Below are positions 26,266 through 35,179 of a DNA stretch of 64,000 bases, piece by piece. The translations under genes were made by a program, and so were the position numbers. Numbering within the stretch: position 1 is the first letter of the stretch; each line of letters begins with the position of its first letter. Under the pieces are notes generated by a model that saw only the letters and a program-made list of their open reading frames with translations, had not been told where the DNA came from and searched no databases. Source of the stretch: a virus; IMG/VR virus record IMGVR_UViG_3300025082_000006, positions 7,104-71,103 of that record. One strand, written 5' to 3'.

Positions 26266-29172
26266 TTATTGGACTGTTGGATGCCCAGAGATTGCTTCTG
26301 TTTCCGCGTTGGCGGCTTCGTTTTGTTTTTGCTTGAGTTCTTCTTGCTGCGATGGCGACATATTGCCAACAGTTTTGACGGCGCCCGGGGTCGCATCCTT
26401 ATTTTTCCCACGAATAACCATATCGGCAATTTCAAGAATTCCGACTACAGTGGTTTCCCACCCATCAGAGCCAAGATGACTTTGAACACTCGTTATTGTA
26501 TAATAGCCGCCGTTCATGATCGATTCTCTCGCAAAATGACCGCCACTAATTAAATCAGTATTAATATAAATGTATTGGCCAATATAAAAATAAGGATTTC
26601 CTACTAATTGTAATTCACACTCATATTTAGCTGGTTTAATAATCCCGCGGCCGGCCGCAACACCGCCGGCTTGCGCGTTCCTCATCAAGGCTGTGGCAAG
26701 AAGACTGTTGGTGTTTTCTTTAAATTTTATACTTTTTAACAAGCCGCGGTTTGGGCCACCCACCGTGAAATGCATAATACCTTCTTTTCTATCTTGCACT
26801 GGGTCAGCAGTGTGTGCTTTTTTAACTCTTTCTCTAAAAGGTTCATGTTTCTTCGCATGAAATAAAAATGCATTAGATATTTGTTGAATTTGAAGTGTCT
26901 GGCGCGCCGCGCTTTGTTTGGGGCGACTTTTTTCACCTAAAGTTAATATTGGGTTTATATGTTGTCCATCTTTGTTTACAATGCTTAGTAATGAATTTTT
27001 AGGTAAATCAATAGAACTAATATCTAATTTAAAATTTGTACGCTGCTCTCCTTTGGGTTGTAACATTGCAGTGCCTAATTGACTCTTCCCTAAAGAAGAC
27101 ACAAGCGAATCCATGACAAATTTAATTAAATCTTGAATAAACATCATTAAAGGATAAGCTCGTTTGCCTTCGCTAACAATTTTTTGAGCTATAAAATTAC
27201 TAAACATTTCTAAAGATACCGGCAAATAATATAAATTAGTTGTTATGAGATGGTCGCTATCGGCGGCAGTAAAATCCATTTTTCCAAAGAGGAGCCTGAA
27301 GTCGGGCGCTAATTGTTCTATCCCTTCTCCAAATTTAGCATGGTCAAGAATGGCTGATATTAAATCTCCTAACACAAAAAACATAATTTTGTCGCCGGCA
27401 ATATATTTGTCCATTGTAAAATATCTGCTTAGCGTGCCAGATTTTTTAAAAGTATCAATGACCTGTGTAGTCCCATCTGCCAATGTTATTTTAACTGTTG
27501 TTTTAGTTGCAGTATCTAGTCGCCTGCCTTCATTTTCAACTTTTTCTTTGACTTTGCTGCCGGCATTTTTTGCTATGTCAGCGGACTCGGTGGGGGCCGG
27601 TGATATGTGGGTAGACCATGCCGGCATCATCTGTGAGGCATCGGCGGCGCCCTCTCCTTTGGGCGCCTCGGGGTCTCCTCCTTTCAAATCTTCCATATAC
27701 CGCACGTATCCTCCAAAAGCGGTAGTTTCGCTAGTTGGTACCCACATTATTCGATCATTTGCCATTAACTTTTGTGTATACACAAACATGTTTTCGGCGC
27801 GCATATTGGCTTCTAACACCACTATTTTTTTCTGTATTGCGCTCGATGCTTTTTGTAATTCTTCTTGATACTTTTTATATTGTTTTTTGTCTTTGCCTAG
27901 GAGGGCATTAAGATCCGTGTCAACGCTCTTTATAATTTTTTCTCTATAATTTCGTTGCTTATCGGCTTGCGTCCCTCGCACTGCTGCATTTAAACTTTCA
28001 TGTTTGGTTGGCACTGACAGGCCAGAAGTGCCGCTGTAAGTTTCTAAAGAGCTTTTAAAAGCTTTATAATCTTTATTGACAGCTGGTTTTACCTTTACAA
28101 AAGTTTCAGTGTCTCCTTGTGCATCTTTCATAAGTTTATCCAGCATCTTTTCAGTGGCTTTTAATTTAGCACTTGCTTTTTTAATATTAAGCAAACGTGC
28201 AAGTCCTTTTTTACGAGGCCCTGAAGATGAATTAACTACTTTTTCTAAGTGTGTTAGCTCAAGGGACGCAAGTTGCGCTTTTAGCTGGAGTATATTCACA
28301 TCATCGCTAACATTATACTGATTCATTATATCAGCTGTGACGCTACTGAATGCGGCTTCGAGGGCGCCTTTGTATTGAATGCTTAATTCTACGGAACCAT
28401 CTTCTTTGAATTCTAAATCATGTGTAAACATGTCACCAACAAAATTCATTCTTGATTGTTGAATCGCTTTTATAAAATCTTTTCCTCCTTTCATTTCTTT
28501 AAGTACTGAATTGTTTTCATTTACATTCCACCCCAAAGACATTCTTATTCTAAAGGCGGCCGGCAATGAACGATCATCTACATCCTCATTTTTCATAGAA
28601 GGAGGGTATCTAATTAAATCAGAATACTGAGCGCTAAACCCTTCTTTGGTTGCCCATTGTTTAAATAAAGTTTTTACATCGTTAAAAACTAATTTTAGTG
28701 TAACATGCATAATGTTGGCGGAAAAAGGATTTCTTCCTTTACCGTCCATTTTTACATCAACGCTCACTATGCCGGCGTCTCTTCCGCGGAAAGGACTTCC
28801 TAAAAGATTTTCTGATGACCAGTCTCTATTAAAGTCAGTATATGCTTTAAAGGGAAAAAGTATTTCAAATACATCTTCTTTATTTTTAAGGTATACTTTG
28901 TATATCTCAATATGTGGAACTAGTTGACTATAATCAATTGGGCGGCCATCAAAAAAAGTAATAACCTCGGGGGAAACTGTGAAGTGATTTACAATTGCTT
29001 CGCTATCGTTATATGTTTCTATCAGTTTGATATATTTGCTAATGGTGGCGCCCGGGCGATTCCAATCTAAAAGAGGGTTAACGAGAGGGTGTACATAACT
29101 CATTAAAAAAGCTTGTTTATACCACGATTGCTTTGTGGCGATATCTATTAATTGTGCTTTACATTTGGCCAT
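26266..29172 (-). CDS. Baseplate hub / late-D-like tail protein
   Basis: C-terminal ECELQLVGNPYFYIGQYIYI...GGYYTITSVQSH...GWETTV typical of gpD/gp27-like hubs; position after the LysM and tube-initiator genes. Confidence 0.6.
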   Translation of the reverse strand: MAKCKAQLIDIATKQSWYKQAFLMSYVHPLVNPLLDWNRPGATISKYIKLIETYNDSEAIVNHFTVSPEVITFFDGRPIDYSQLVPHIEIYKVYLKNKEDVFEILFPFKAYTDFNRDWSSENLLGSPFRGRDAGIVSVDVKMDGKGRNPFSANIMHVTLKLVFNDVKTLFKQWATKEGFSAQYSDLIRYPPSMKNEDVDDRSLPAAFRIRMSLGWNVNENNSVLKEMKGGKDFIKAIQQSRMNFVGDMFTHDLEFKEDGSVELSIQYKGALEAAFSSVTADIMNQYNVSDDVNILQLKAQLASLELTHLEKVVNSSSGPRKKGLARLLNIKKASAKLKATEKMLDKLMKDAQGDTETFVKVKPAVNKDYKAFKSSLETYSGTSGLSVPTKHESLNAAVRGTQADKQRNYREKIIKSVDTDLNALLGKDKKQYKKYQEELQKASSAIQKKIVVLEANMRAENMFVYTQKLMANDRIMWVPTSETTAFGGYVRYMEDLKGGDPEAPKGEGAADASQMMPAWSTHISPAPTESADIAKNAGSKVKEKVENEGRRLDTATKTTVKITLADGTTQVIDTFKKSGTLSRYFTMDKYIAGDKIMFFVLGDLISAILDHAKFGEGIEQLAPDFRLLFGKMDFTAADSDHLITTNLYYLPVSLEMFSNFIAQKIVSEGKRAYPLMMFIQDLIKFVMDSLVSSLGKSQLGTAMLQPKGEQRTNFKLDISSIDLPKNSLLSIVNKDGQHINPILTLGEKSRPKQSAARQTLQIQQISNAFLFHAKKHEPFRERVKKAHTADPVQDRKEGIMHFTVGGPNRGLLKSIKFKENTNSLLATALMRNAQAGGVAAGRGIIKPAKYECELQLVGNPYFYIGQYIYINTDLISGGHFARESIMNGGYYTITSVQSHLGSDGWETTVVGILEIADMVIRGKNKDATPGAVKTVGNMSPSQQEELKQKQNEAANAETEAISGHPTVQ

Positions 29173-29192
29173 TTCAATTTCCTAAAATAAAT

Positions 29193-29537
29193 TTATTCAA
29201 ACATACTTAAAATAATGTTTAGAGGTTTGGGGACGAGGACAACTTCACCGGGCTCGTAATCGGCTTCTAGAGGAAGTTTATTAAACCATGGGATAATCCA
29301 CCACAAAGTGGGATCTCCATAATGTTTCTCCGCTATTTTATAAAAACGGCTCCCTACGCCCCATACTTCATTTTCGTAATCTAGACTTCTTCGTTGTATT
29401 TCTGTGGGGTATACCATGTTTGCGGTATCAAAATGATTTATAAACTGCAAATCTCTGCTTGAAAGCTGTTTTATGTATTCTGCATATGCATTTTTTAGCA
29501 CTTGTCTATTATTATATCTTGAAAAACTGAAAGCCAT
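29193..29537 (-). CDS. LysM-like baseplate wedge protein (gp53/gpX-like)
   Basis: SRY..., RFYKIAEKHYGDPTLWWIIPWFN...PGEVVLVP. Confidence 0.75.
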   Translation of the reverse strand: MAFSFSRYNNRQVLKNAYAEYIKQLSSRDLQFINHFDTANMVYPTEIQRRSLDYENEVWGVGSRFYKIAEKHYGDPTLWWIIPWFNKLPLEADYEPGEVVLVPKPLNIILSMFE

Positions 29538-29551
29538 TTTATACTCCTTTA

Positions 29552-30439
29552 TTACTTCCCACTTAACGCGTCGGTTGTTGTGCCGTCCTTAGCCTGTTGC
29601 TGTGGGCTTTGCGGGGCGGCCGCGCGACCGGCCGCGGTGTCGGTGTCCGAGTCTGTTGAGCCAACAATGGCGACGCTTGCGTCGTCGCCTGCACCTCTTT
29701 GGATCCCGCTTGGATCTTTGTCTCCGGCGGATCGCGCTTCTACGCCCCTTTTACCGAATTCGCCAGCATTATATGGAAAATTGTGACCGTAACCATTGGG
29801 GCTAAATTGATTTTTATACCAACCTACTAATTGATCGTGGACTACTTGAAAATTTGCACGTACTGTTATTTCTCTTGGTAATGCTCGATATCCTTTATCT
29901 TTCCCTTGCCTTCCAAAAGCAACATTTTTAGCAATAGTTCCAAGAGAGTGACCAAAACTATTAAAGTAGCCAGTTAAACCATTTTCAACGTCTCCTAAAA
30001 AATCACCGCTAGGGAAAAAGCTTCCTATATAATTGCCATATCTAATTTTAAAAAATGGAGGGGCGCCCAAAACAGCAAGAGGGTCTCCATTGATTGTCGT
30101 ACCAGTTTCATAATAGGCCGGATACAAAAGCTGTGTAAGTAAATTTATATTGCGAATATTGTTAACAACACCGCCCGGGCCGTCCATTATATGATGTGCC
30201 TGGCATTTAAAATTTATACTTAGACTTCTTCTTACATTTTGAAAAGTTACAATAGGGTCCATTCGTCCATATGCATCCTTTTCTGAAAATCTTGGCCGAA
30301 AGTCTTGACTAATAGTTAAGTCCTCAACTGGAATCAATATTGCTTTGCTTTTAGCAGAAGTTTCATGTAAATTAACATGCATGGGTTCGAAAGAAAATAC
30401 TTTAAATGAATTTTTGAAATTTGATACTGGTGTTCCCAT
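29552..30439 (-). CDS. Tail tube initiator / baseplate protein
   Basis: YGRMDPIVTFQNVRRSLSINF, LYPAY, APPFFKIRYGN; position after the tape measure gene. Confidence 0.6.
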   Translation of the reverse strand: MGTPVSNFKNSFKVFSFEPMHVNLHETSAKSKAILIPVEDLTISQDFRPRFSEKDAYGRMDPIVTFQNVRRSLSINFKCQAHHIMDGPGGVVNNIRNINLLTQLLYPAYYETGTTINGDPLAVLGAPPFFKIRYGNYIGSFFPSGDFLGDVENGLTGYFNSFGHSLGTIAKNVAFGRQGKDKGYRALPREITVRANFQVVHDQLVGWYKNQFSPNGYGHNFPYNAGEFGKRGVEARSAGDKDPSGIQRGAGDDASVAIVGSTDSDTDTAAGRAAAPQSPQQQAKDGTTTDALSGK

Positions 30440-30450
30440 TACTTTTTCCT

Positions 30451-32640
30451 TTATCTCTTACTAAAAGTTCCCGGTGGTAATATTTTTTCTATTTCCCCTT
30501 CGACAAAATCAGCAAGTACTCTTTCATTAAGTTTTAATATATTGTGAAGAACAATTTTTTGGTCGCCACCTGGAGCTGCTTTTGTTGTTGTTCCTGGTCC
30601 TTGTTCAACTTGTACTTTTACAGGCGGTATATTCGCTGGTGCCTGAGTTGGAGGTATTTCTGCTTCTGTAGTTACTCCCCCTTCTCCTGTAACCGCCGCC
30701 TTTGCTTTTCCCCACAAGGTTCCTCCTTGCTGTTTTGCAAATTCTACAATATCGCCCGATTCTAAAGCTTTATTAGCTGCGTCAATGGATTTGGCAATTG
30801 CCATGAAGGCGTCAACTACGTGCGTTTGCAGGTTTTTGCGTGCGAGGGTGCCTACATTTTGCATCGATGAATAAAGTTTGCGCAAAGTTTCATCAACTTG
30901 TGTATAGGCTTTTTCATAAAGGACGAGCCCTTCCATGGCCGCGGCCTTCTGTTCTTTTAATGATGTAGCATTTTTTGCAGCGCCGTCTTTCACACTTCCC
31001 GCTAGTTGGTCTAAAGTTTTTGCCTGCGTGTCGATGGCTGCAGTGCGTGCATTAATTTCACTAGATTCGCCCATGAAGATTTTTGAAGCTGATTCTACAT
31101 CGGTGCTAAGCGCTTGCGCAATTGCTTTTTGCATAAAGCGGTCCATGTCATTAAAGCTTTGACCGGTGCTAGAAACAGCCTCTTTGATCATCATAATTCT
31201 TTCCGTTTCTGTGGCGTTAACTAAATCTAAAGTATTTAAATAGGGGCCACCTAACATTGCATTAAGATCTCCAACTTGGTTCGCGGCTTTTCCCATATCA
31301 TCAAATTGTCCGGCAATTTTTAGTACTTCAGACATCCCGACACCAGTTACTCCAACAATAGCATTAAGTTTTTTGAATTGTGCTCTGGCTTGTTCTAGTG
31401 GATAGGCCGCTAAATATTGCATTGCTTTGGGCAGGTCTTCACCAACTTGTTTCGGTAGACGCCCCGTTTGTCGAGCAATATTTACAAGTTCTGTTGCGAA
31501 ATCACGACTCGTTCTGGCAATATTAGATTTTCTGTACGTTTTTCCTAAAGTATCCACTGCATTCGCATATGAGGCAGTATCGAGACCTAATTTTCCAAAT
31601 ATAAATGCTTGCTCTCCTAAGCTTTTAGTAACTTTATCTGCATCCTTTCCTTGGTTGACCATAACAGATCTTAAAGTTTGTGAATGCGTAATTATATCTG
31701 TCATGGATTTGCCTACGGTTGCAACGGTGGCGCCTAAATCTCTATTTTCATTAGTAATTCCGATCAGCGATTCGGCATAAGTTTTTTGGCTGCCAACTAA
31801 AACACCAATGGCTGCGTCGGTATTCATAACATTACCAGTTAATTTAGCCATTTCGGCACTTTGCTCGCTTACTTCTCCGTAAGCAGTTTTGCCTTGGCCG
31901 ATAAGGCCGGTGGCGGCCCCGGCGGCGGCGCCTGCAACTGCTGAAGCAGGGCCGGTGCCGGCACTTGCGGCAGTAAAGCCAACTTGTCTTAAAGCCCAAA
32001 GAAGGGCGCGGCCAATGGCTCCTGCACCCGGCAAAACGGCGCCGACGGGCGGGGTGCCCGTGGGAGCAACTATGCTGGCGGCGGCTGGTTGCGGAATTGT
32101 TGCTCCTACTACGGGCTTGCCACCAGCTTCTGGGCTCAATTTTTTTGCAGCTTTGGCTTCCGCTAACCTTGTTTTTTCAAGATCTAGTCGTTTTTGTTCG
32201 ATGCGTGTTGACTTTTCTAGAGCTGCTTGCTCTTGTTTTTGTAATTTAATGCGCGTTTCAAGGTTGTTTATTTGTTGAATGGCCGTCGCTTTGTCTTCTT
32301 TGCTTAAAGTCGTATTTTTTTCTAGCACTGATCCTATATTTTCAAGAGTGCCCAACATAGCTTCATTTGCTAAAGCAGACTTATCGGTTAACTGGGCCAT
32401 TTGTAAATAGGGCCCAAGCGTGGCGTCTACGGCTTTGGATAAAGATTCGTATGCTTCGGCGCCTCTAAGCAATTGCTCTGTCATGAGTTTCGCAGCTTCC
32501 GCACCGTCACTCAATTCTTTGCTATAATCAGAAATAGGCTCTAAGAGTTTTCCTAAATCTTGCCCCATCGCGGCCAATGTCTTGTTCGCGTCATCTAATA
32601 TTTTTTTAATTGCTTCTGCGTTTTCGCGTGTTGTTGCCAT
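30451..32640 (-). CDS. Tape measure protein
   Basis: Ala/Gln/Lys-rich helical protein directly after the tail chaperone genes. Confidence 0.7.
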   Translation of the reverse strand: MATTRENAEAIKKILDDANKTLAAMGQDLGKLLEPISDYSKELSDGAEAAKLMTEQLLRGAEAYESLSKAVDATLGPYLQMAQLTDKSALANEAMLGTLENIGSVLEKNTTLSKEDKATAIQQINNLETRIKLQKQEQAALEKSTRIEQKRLDLEKTRLAEAKAAKKLSPEAGGKPVVGATIPQPAAASIVAPTGTPPVGAVLPGAGAIGRALLWALRQVGFTAASAGTGPASAVAGAAAGAATGLIGQGKTAYGEVSEQSAEMAKLTGNVMNTDAAIGVLVGSQKTYAESLIGITNENRDLGATVATVGKSMTDIITHSQTLRSVMVNQGKDADKVTKSLGEQAFIFGKLGLDTASYANAVDTLGKTYRKSNIARTSRDFATELVNIARQTGRLPKQVGEDLPKAMQYLAAYPLEQARAQFKKLNAIVGVTGVGMSEVLKIAGQFDDMGKAANQVGDLNAMLGGPYLNTLDLVNATETERIMMIKEAVSSTGQSFNDMDRFMQKAIAQALSTDVESASKIFMGESSEINARTAAIDTQAKTLDQLAGSVKDGAAKNATSLKEQKAAAMEGLVLYEKAYTQVDETLRKLYSSMQNVGTLARKNLQTHVVDAFMAIAKSIDAANKALESGDIVEFAKQQGGTLWGKAKAAVTGEGGVTTEAEIPPTQAPANIPPVKVQVEQGPGTTTKAAPGGDQKIVLHNILKLNERVLADFVEGEIEKILPPGTFSKR

Positions 32641-32710
32641 AAAAAGCCTCTTCTATAAAAAACTACTTCACTATAATTAGTTGAGGTCTTGATTTTTTAG
32701 ATTATTTTGA

Positions 32711-32897
32711 TTAATTGCGGGAGGGGGTGTTGGCTTCTGCTTCGTCTTTTTTTTGTTTTACAAGTCTATTGAAAAACCAGGTACGTAAACCAACTGGTAA
32801 ATTATAAGCTTCAATGAGGCTCCAATTGCCATGATATTTTAACAAAAAGAATTGTTCGTAGACTTGTTCCATGTACTCATGCGTTAAACCAAAAAAA
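32711..32897 (-). CDS. Tail assembly chaperone C-terminal extension (probably reached by frameshift; own ATG at 32872)
   Basis: FGLTHEYMEQVYEQFFLLKYHGNWSLIEAYNLPVGLRTWF; overlaps the upstream gene at a T7 run. Confidence 0.7.
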
Positions 32898-33737
32898 GTT
32901 AGCAGTGAGAGGAACCTCCATGGTCCCCTCATAACCACATTCTGAGCAACCAAAAGGATGCTTCATATCGAGTGATGGTATTAAATCATCGTACACTTTT
33001 CTTATATAACGAGTATGTAAAGCTGGTAACGTATTAATAAATTCATTCAATGGGGAGGGCTCTCTAATCCCATTAACTGAAACAATCACAAACCTTAAGA
33101 AGTCCGTTACAGTAGTTTCTGGAAAGTTTCTTTTCTTTTTATGTTCTTGGGTTCTTAAAACCTTTTTTTCGTCGTGACCATTTAAAAATTTAACTTCAAC
33201 TGTGTATTGTGTTTTTGGCAATGGCACCAAAAAAGTGCCTTCTTCCGTTTTTTTAACATCGTGTTCTTCCATTCTCTTTTCGGTGGGAAACTGTAGTTCT
33301 AAAGAATCTAGATCAAAAGAATATTCTTGGGTACTTTCACATTGAGGGCAATTAACAGATGTTTCATAAATAGTTCCATAAGCATGGGCCCGGGCCGCAA
33401 TGATTAGTGCGTTTTTGTCTCCTAAAAGTAAATCATTTACTTTAATTCTTTTATCTACTAAAATATTTTCAAGCATTCTTTCAAGAGCCATCCCTTTTTT
33501 TAACAAAGTTACAGAAGTTAAAATATCTTCTTCTTTTGCAGTCATATGCTTAATCTCTACAACGCCTTGGCCGTGCAGGGGATTATCTGGTGTGTAGAAT
33601 TGTCCTTTGCTCGGAAGCTCTACAAATTCTGTAGGGGTTATAAACTTTAAAGTGCCTGTTTCCAAAATAGGTTCACTATTTTCTTCTGTGACGGGGGGAT
33701 TGGCCCCGAGTCTATTTTCATTAGATCTTGTATTCAT
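32877..33737 (-). CDS. Tail/baseplate assembly chaperone (T4 gp26/gp51-like)
   Basis: VELPSKG, MTAKEEDIL, GDKNALIIAAR..AYG, CPQC and CSEC, terminal NFFW. Confidence 0.8.
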   Translation of the reverse strand: MNTRSNENRLGANPPVTEENSEPILETGTLKFITPTEFVELPSKGQFYTPDNPLHGQGVVEIKHMTAKEEDILTSVTLLKKGMALERMLENILVDKRIKVNDLLLGDKNALIIAARAHAYGTIYETSVNCPQCESTQEYSFDLDSLELQFPTEKRMEEHDVKKTEEGTFLVPLPKTQYTVEVKFLNGHDEKKVLRTQEHKKKRNFPETTVTDFLRFVIVSVNGIREPSPLNEFINTLPALHTRYIRKVYDDLIPSLDMKHPFGCSECGYEGTMEVPLTANFFWFNA

Positions 33738-33783
33738 CTTTACCTCGTATTTTATTTAGATTTTAAATTATTTTTAATGGATT

Positions 33784-34500
33784 CTACCAAGCGATCCATT
33801 TATCACCATATTTTGTAGCAAGTCGGTCATCGCCGCTAGCTGCAGCTTGTAACCTTCTATTTAATTCTCTGTTGCTCCATCCTTGCTCAAATTGAAAATT
33901 TTTATACTCAAATTTTAAATTTACAGTACCAAAACCAGTTCCTGCATAATCAATCTTTGAAAAAGTTGCACTTGTTAAAACTGGTTGATATATACTCCAT
34001 TCTCCGACCGCGTCCCCTTTGTCGTTTATTTCTAAAATTGAAATAATGCGGGGACCACCTTGTGTGTATCCTTGTATAAACAATTGATACGCTTTATTGG
34101 CTGCGCCTTCTTCCATTGCCATCGCAGTTTCTTCGTAATTCCATGTTTTTTGCATCATTCCCAATGCAGCATTAACATGGCCCGTAGTATCGGGCCCTTG
34201 TTTGTGGCCTATGTTCGCATCGACTAAAGTAACTTCAATTGGCGCTGTAGTAAATTCTTGAGTAGGATAATCTATTTTAGCATAATCTCCGGAGCGCAAT
34301 TGATATTCAGATTTTTGCGTTCCAATAGTATTATAACCTGGTCTGCTAAAACTTTTAACCATAAAAGGTGGAAAAGCGTTGGCGTCTGTTCCGCCGAACA
34401 TAAAATCACTAAATAATAATAGACCTTCAAAGACTCTTTTAGGTCTTACTTGGGTGTTGCTCCAAAATTGCCATGCGCCTGGTGAAAAAATATCAACCAT
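33784..34500 (-). CDS. Tail tube-like protein (second gp19 paralogue)
   Basis: FWS...PKR, VK..RP, VTLVD, EWSI, DY...V.L.FEY shared with 34509..35126. Confidence 0.65.
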   Translation of the reverse strand: MVDIFSPGAWQFWSNTQVRPKRVFEGLLLFSDFMFGGTDANAFPPFMVKSFSRPGYNTIGTQKSEYQLRSGDYAKIDYPTQEFTTAPIEVTLVDANIGHKQGPDTTGHVNAALGMMQKTWNYEETAMAMEEGAANKAYQLFIQGYTQGGPRIISILEINDKGDAVGEWSIYQPVLTSATFSKIDYAGTGFGTVNLKFEYKNFQFEQGWSNRELNRRLQAAASGDDRLATKYGDKWIAW

Positions 34501-34508
34501 TTTATATC

Positions 34509-35126
34509 TTATAAGCCTGTGGCGCCCATTTCTTCTCTATATTTATTAATTGTTTGCGCTTGGTCTGGTCCGTTACCCATAATTAATTGCGGTATTGGAT
34601 TGTTGGCATTTTGTGGTGCACCTTCATATTGAGCCCAGTCATATCGGAATGTTACGCTTACATTTAACATTTCATCAGTATTATAAGCTAGCTCTCCAAA
34701 CTTGGCATCTTGAATCCAAGCATTATACAAACTCCACTGATCGACTATACGACCTTCTGCATCTAATTGTGCAATGGAAGGAATTCCAAGGGCAGCAACT
34801 GCGTTTGCTTTGCTAAAAGAAATTGTTGCAGCTTCTTCTGTTCCGGGAATGGCGTAGCCAGAGGCTTGTAAAATTTTAATTATTTTGGCAGACGCATCTG
34901 GATAAACGGGATCTACTAAAGTCACTGCAACTTCATTCCAAGTTATCTTGCCCGGATAATTAAAAGTGTGTCCAATATAATTATGAGCTATATTAGTTAT
35001 CGTAAAGCTTGGTTTAGCTACGGTTTTAACAACATACGTTGGAATTTGATCAAAGATTAATATCCATCGAAAGCTTCGCTTAGGATCAACCGTAGTTGAA
35101 CTCCAAAAATTGCTGCCTGCGCCCAT
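34509..35126 (-). CDS. Tail tube protein (gp19-like)
   Basis: PKRSFRW, KPSF, YPGKITWNEVAVTLVD, WSLYNAW, FGELAY, FRYDWA; follows the sheath gene. Confidence 0.85.
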   Translation of the reverse strand: MGAGSNFWSSTTVDPKRSFRWILIFDQIPTYVVKTVAKPSFTITNIAHNYIGHTFNYPGKITWNEVAVTLVDPVYPDASAKIIKILQASGYAIPGTEEAATISFSKANAVAALGIPSIAQLDAEGRIVDQWSLYNAWIQDAKFGELAYNTDEMLNVSVTFRYDWAQYEGAPQNANNPIPQLIMGNGPDQAQTINKYREEMGATGL

Positions 35127-35179
35127 TTTTAATTTCTCCTTTTTGTTCTTCTATTAATAAATAGAATCAAATTAAATTT

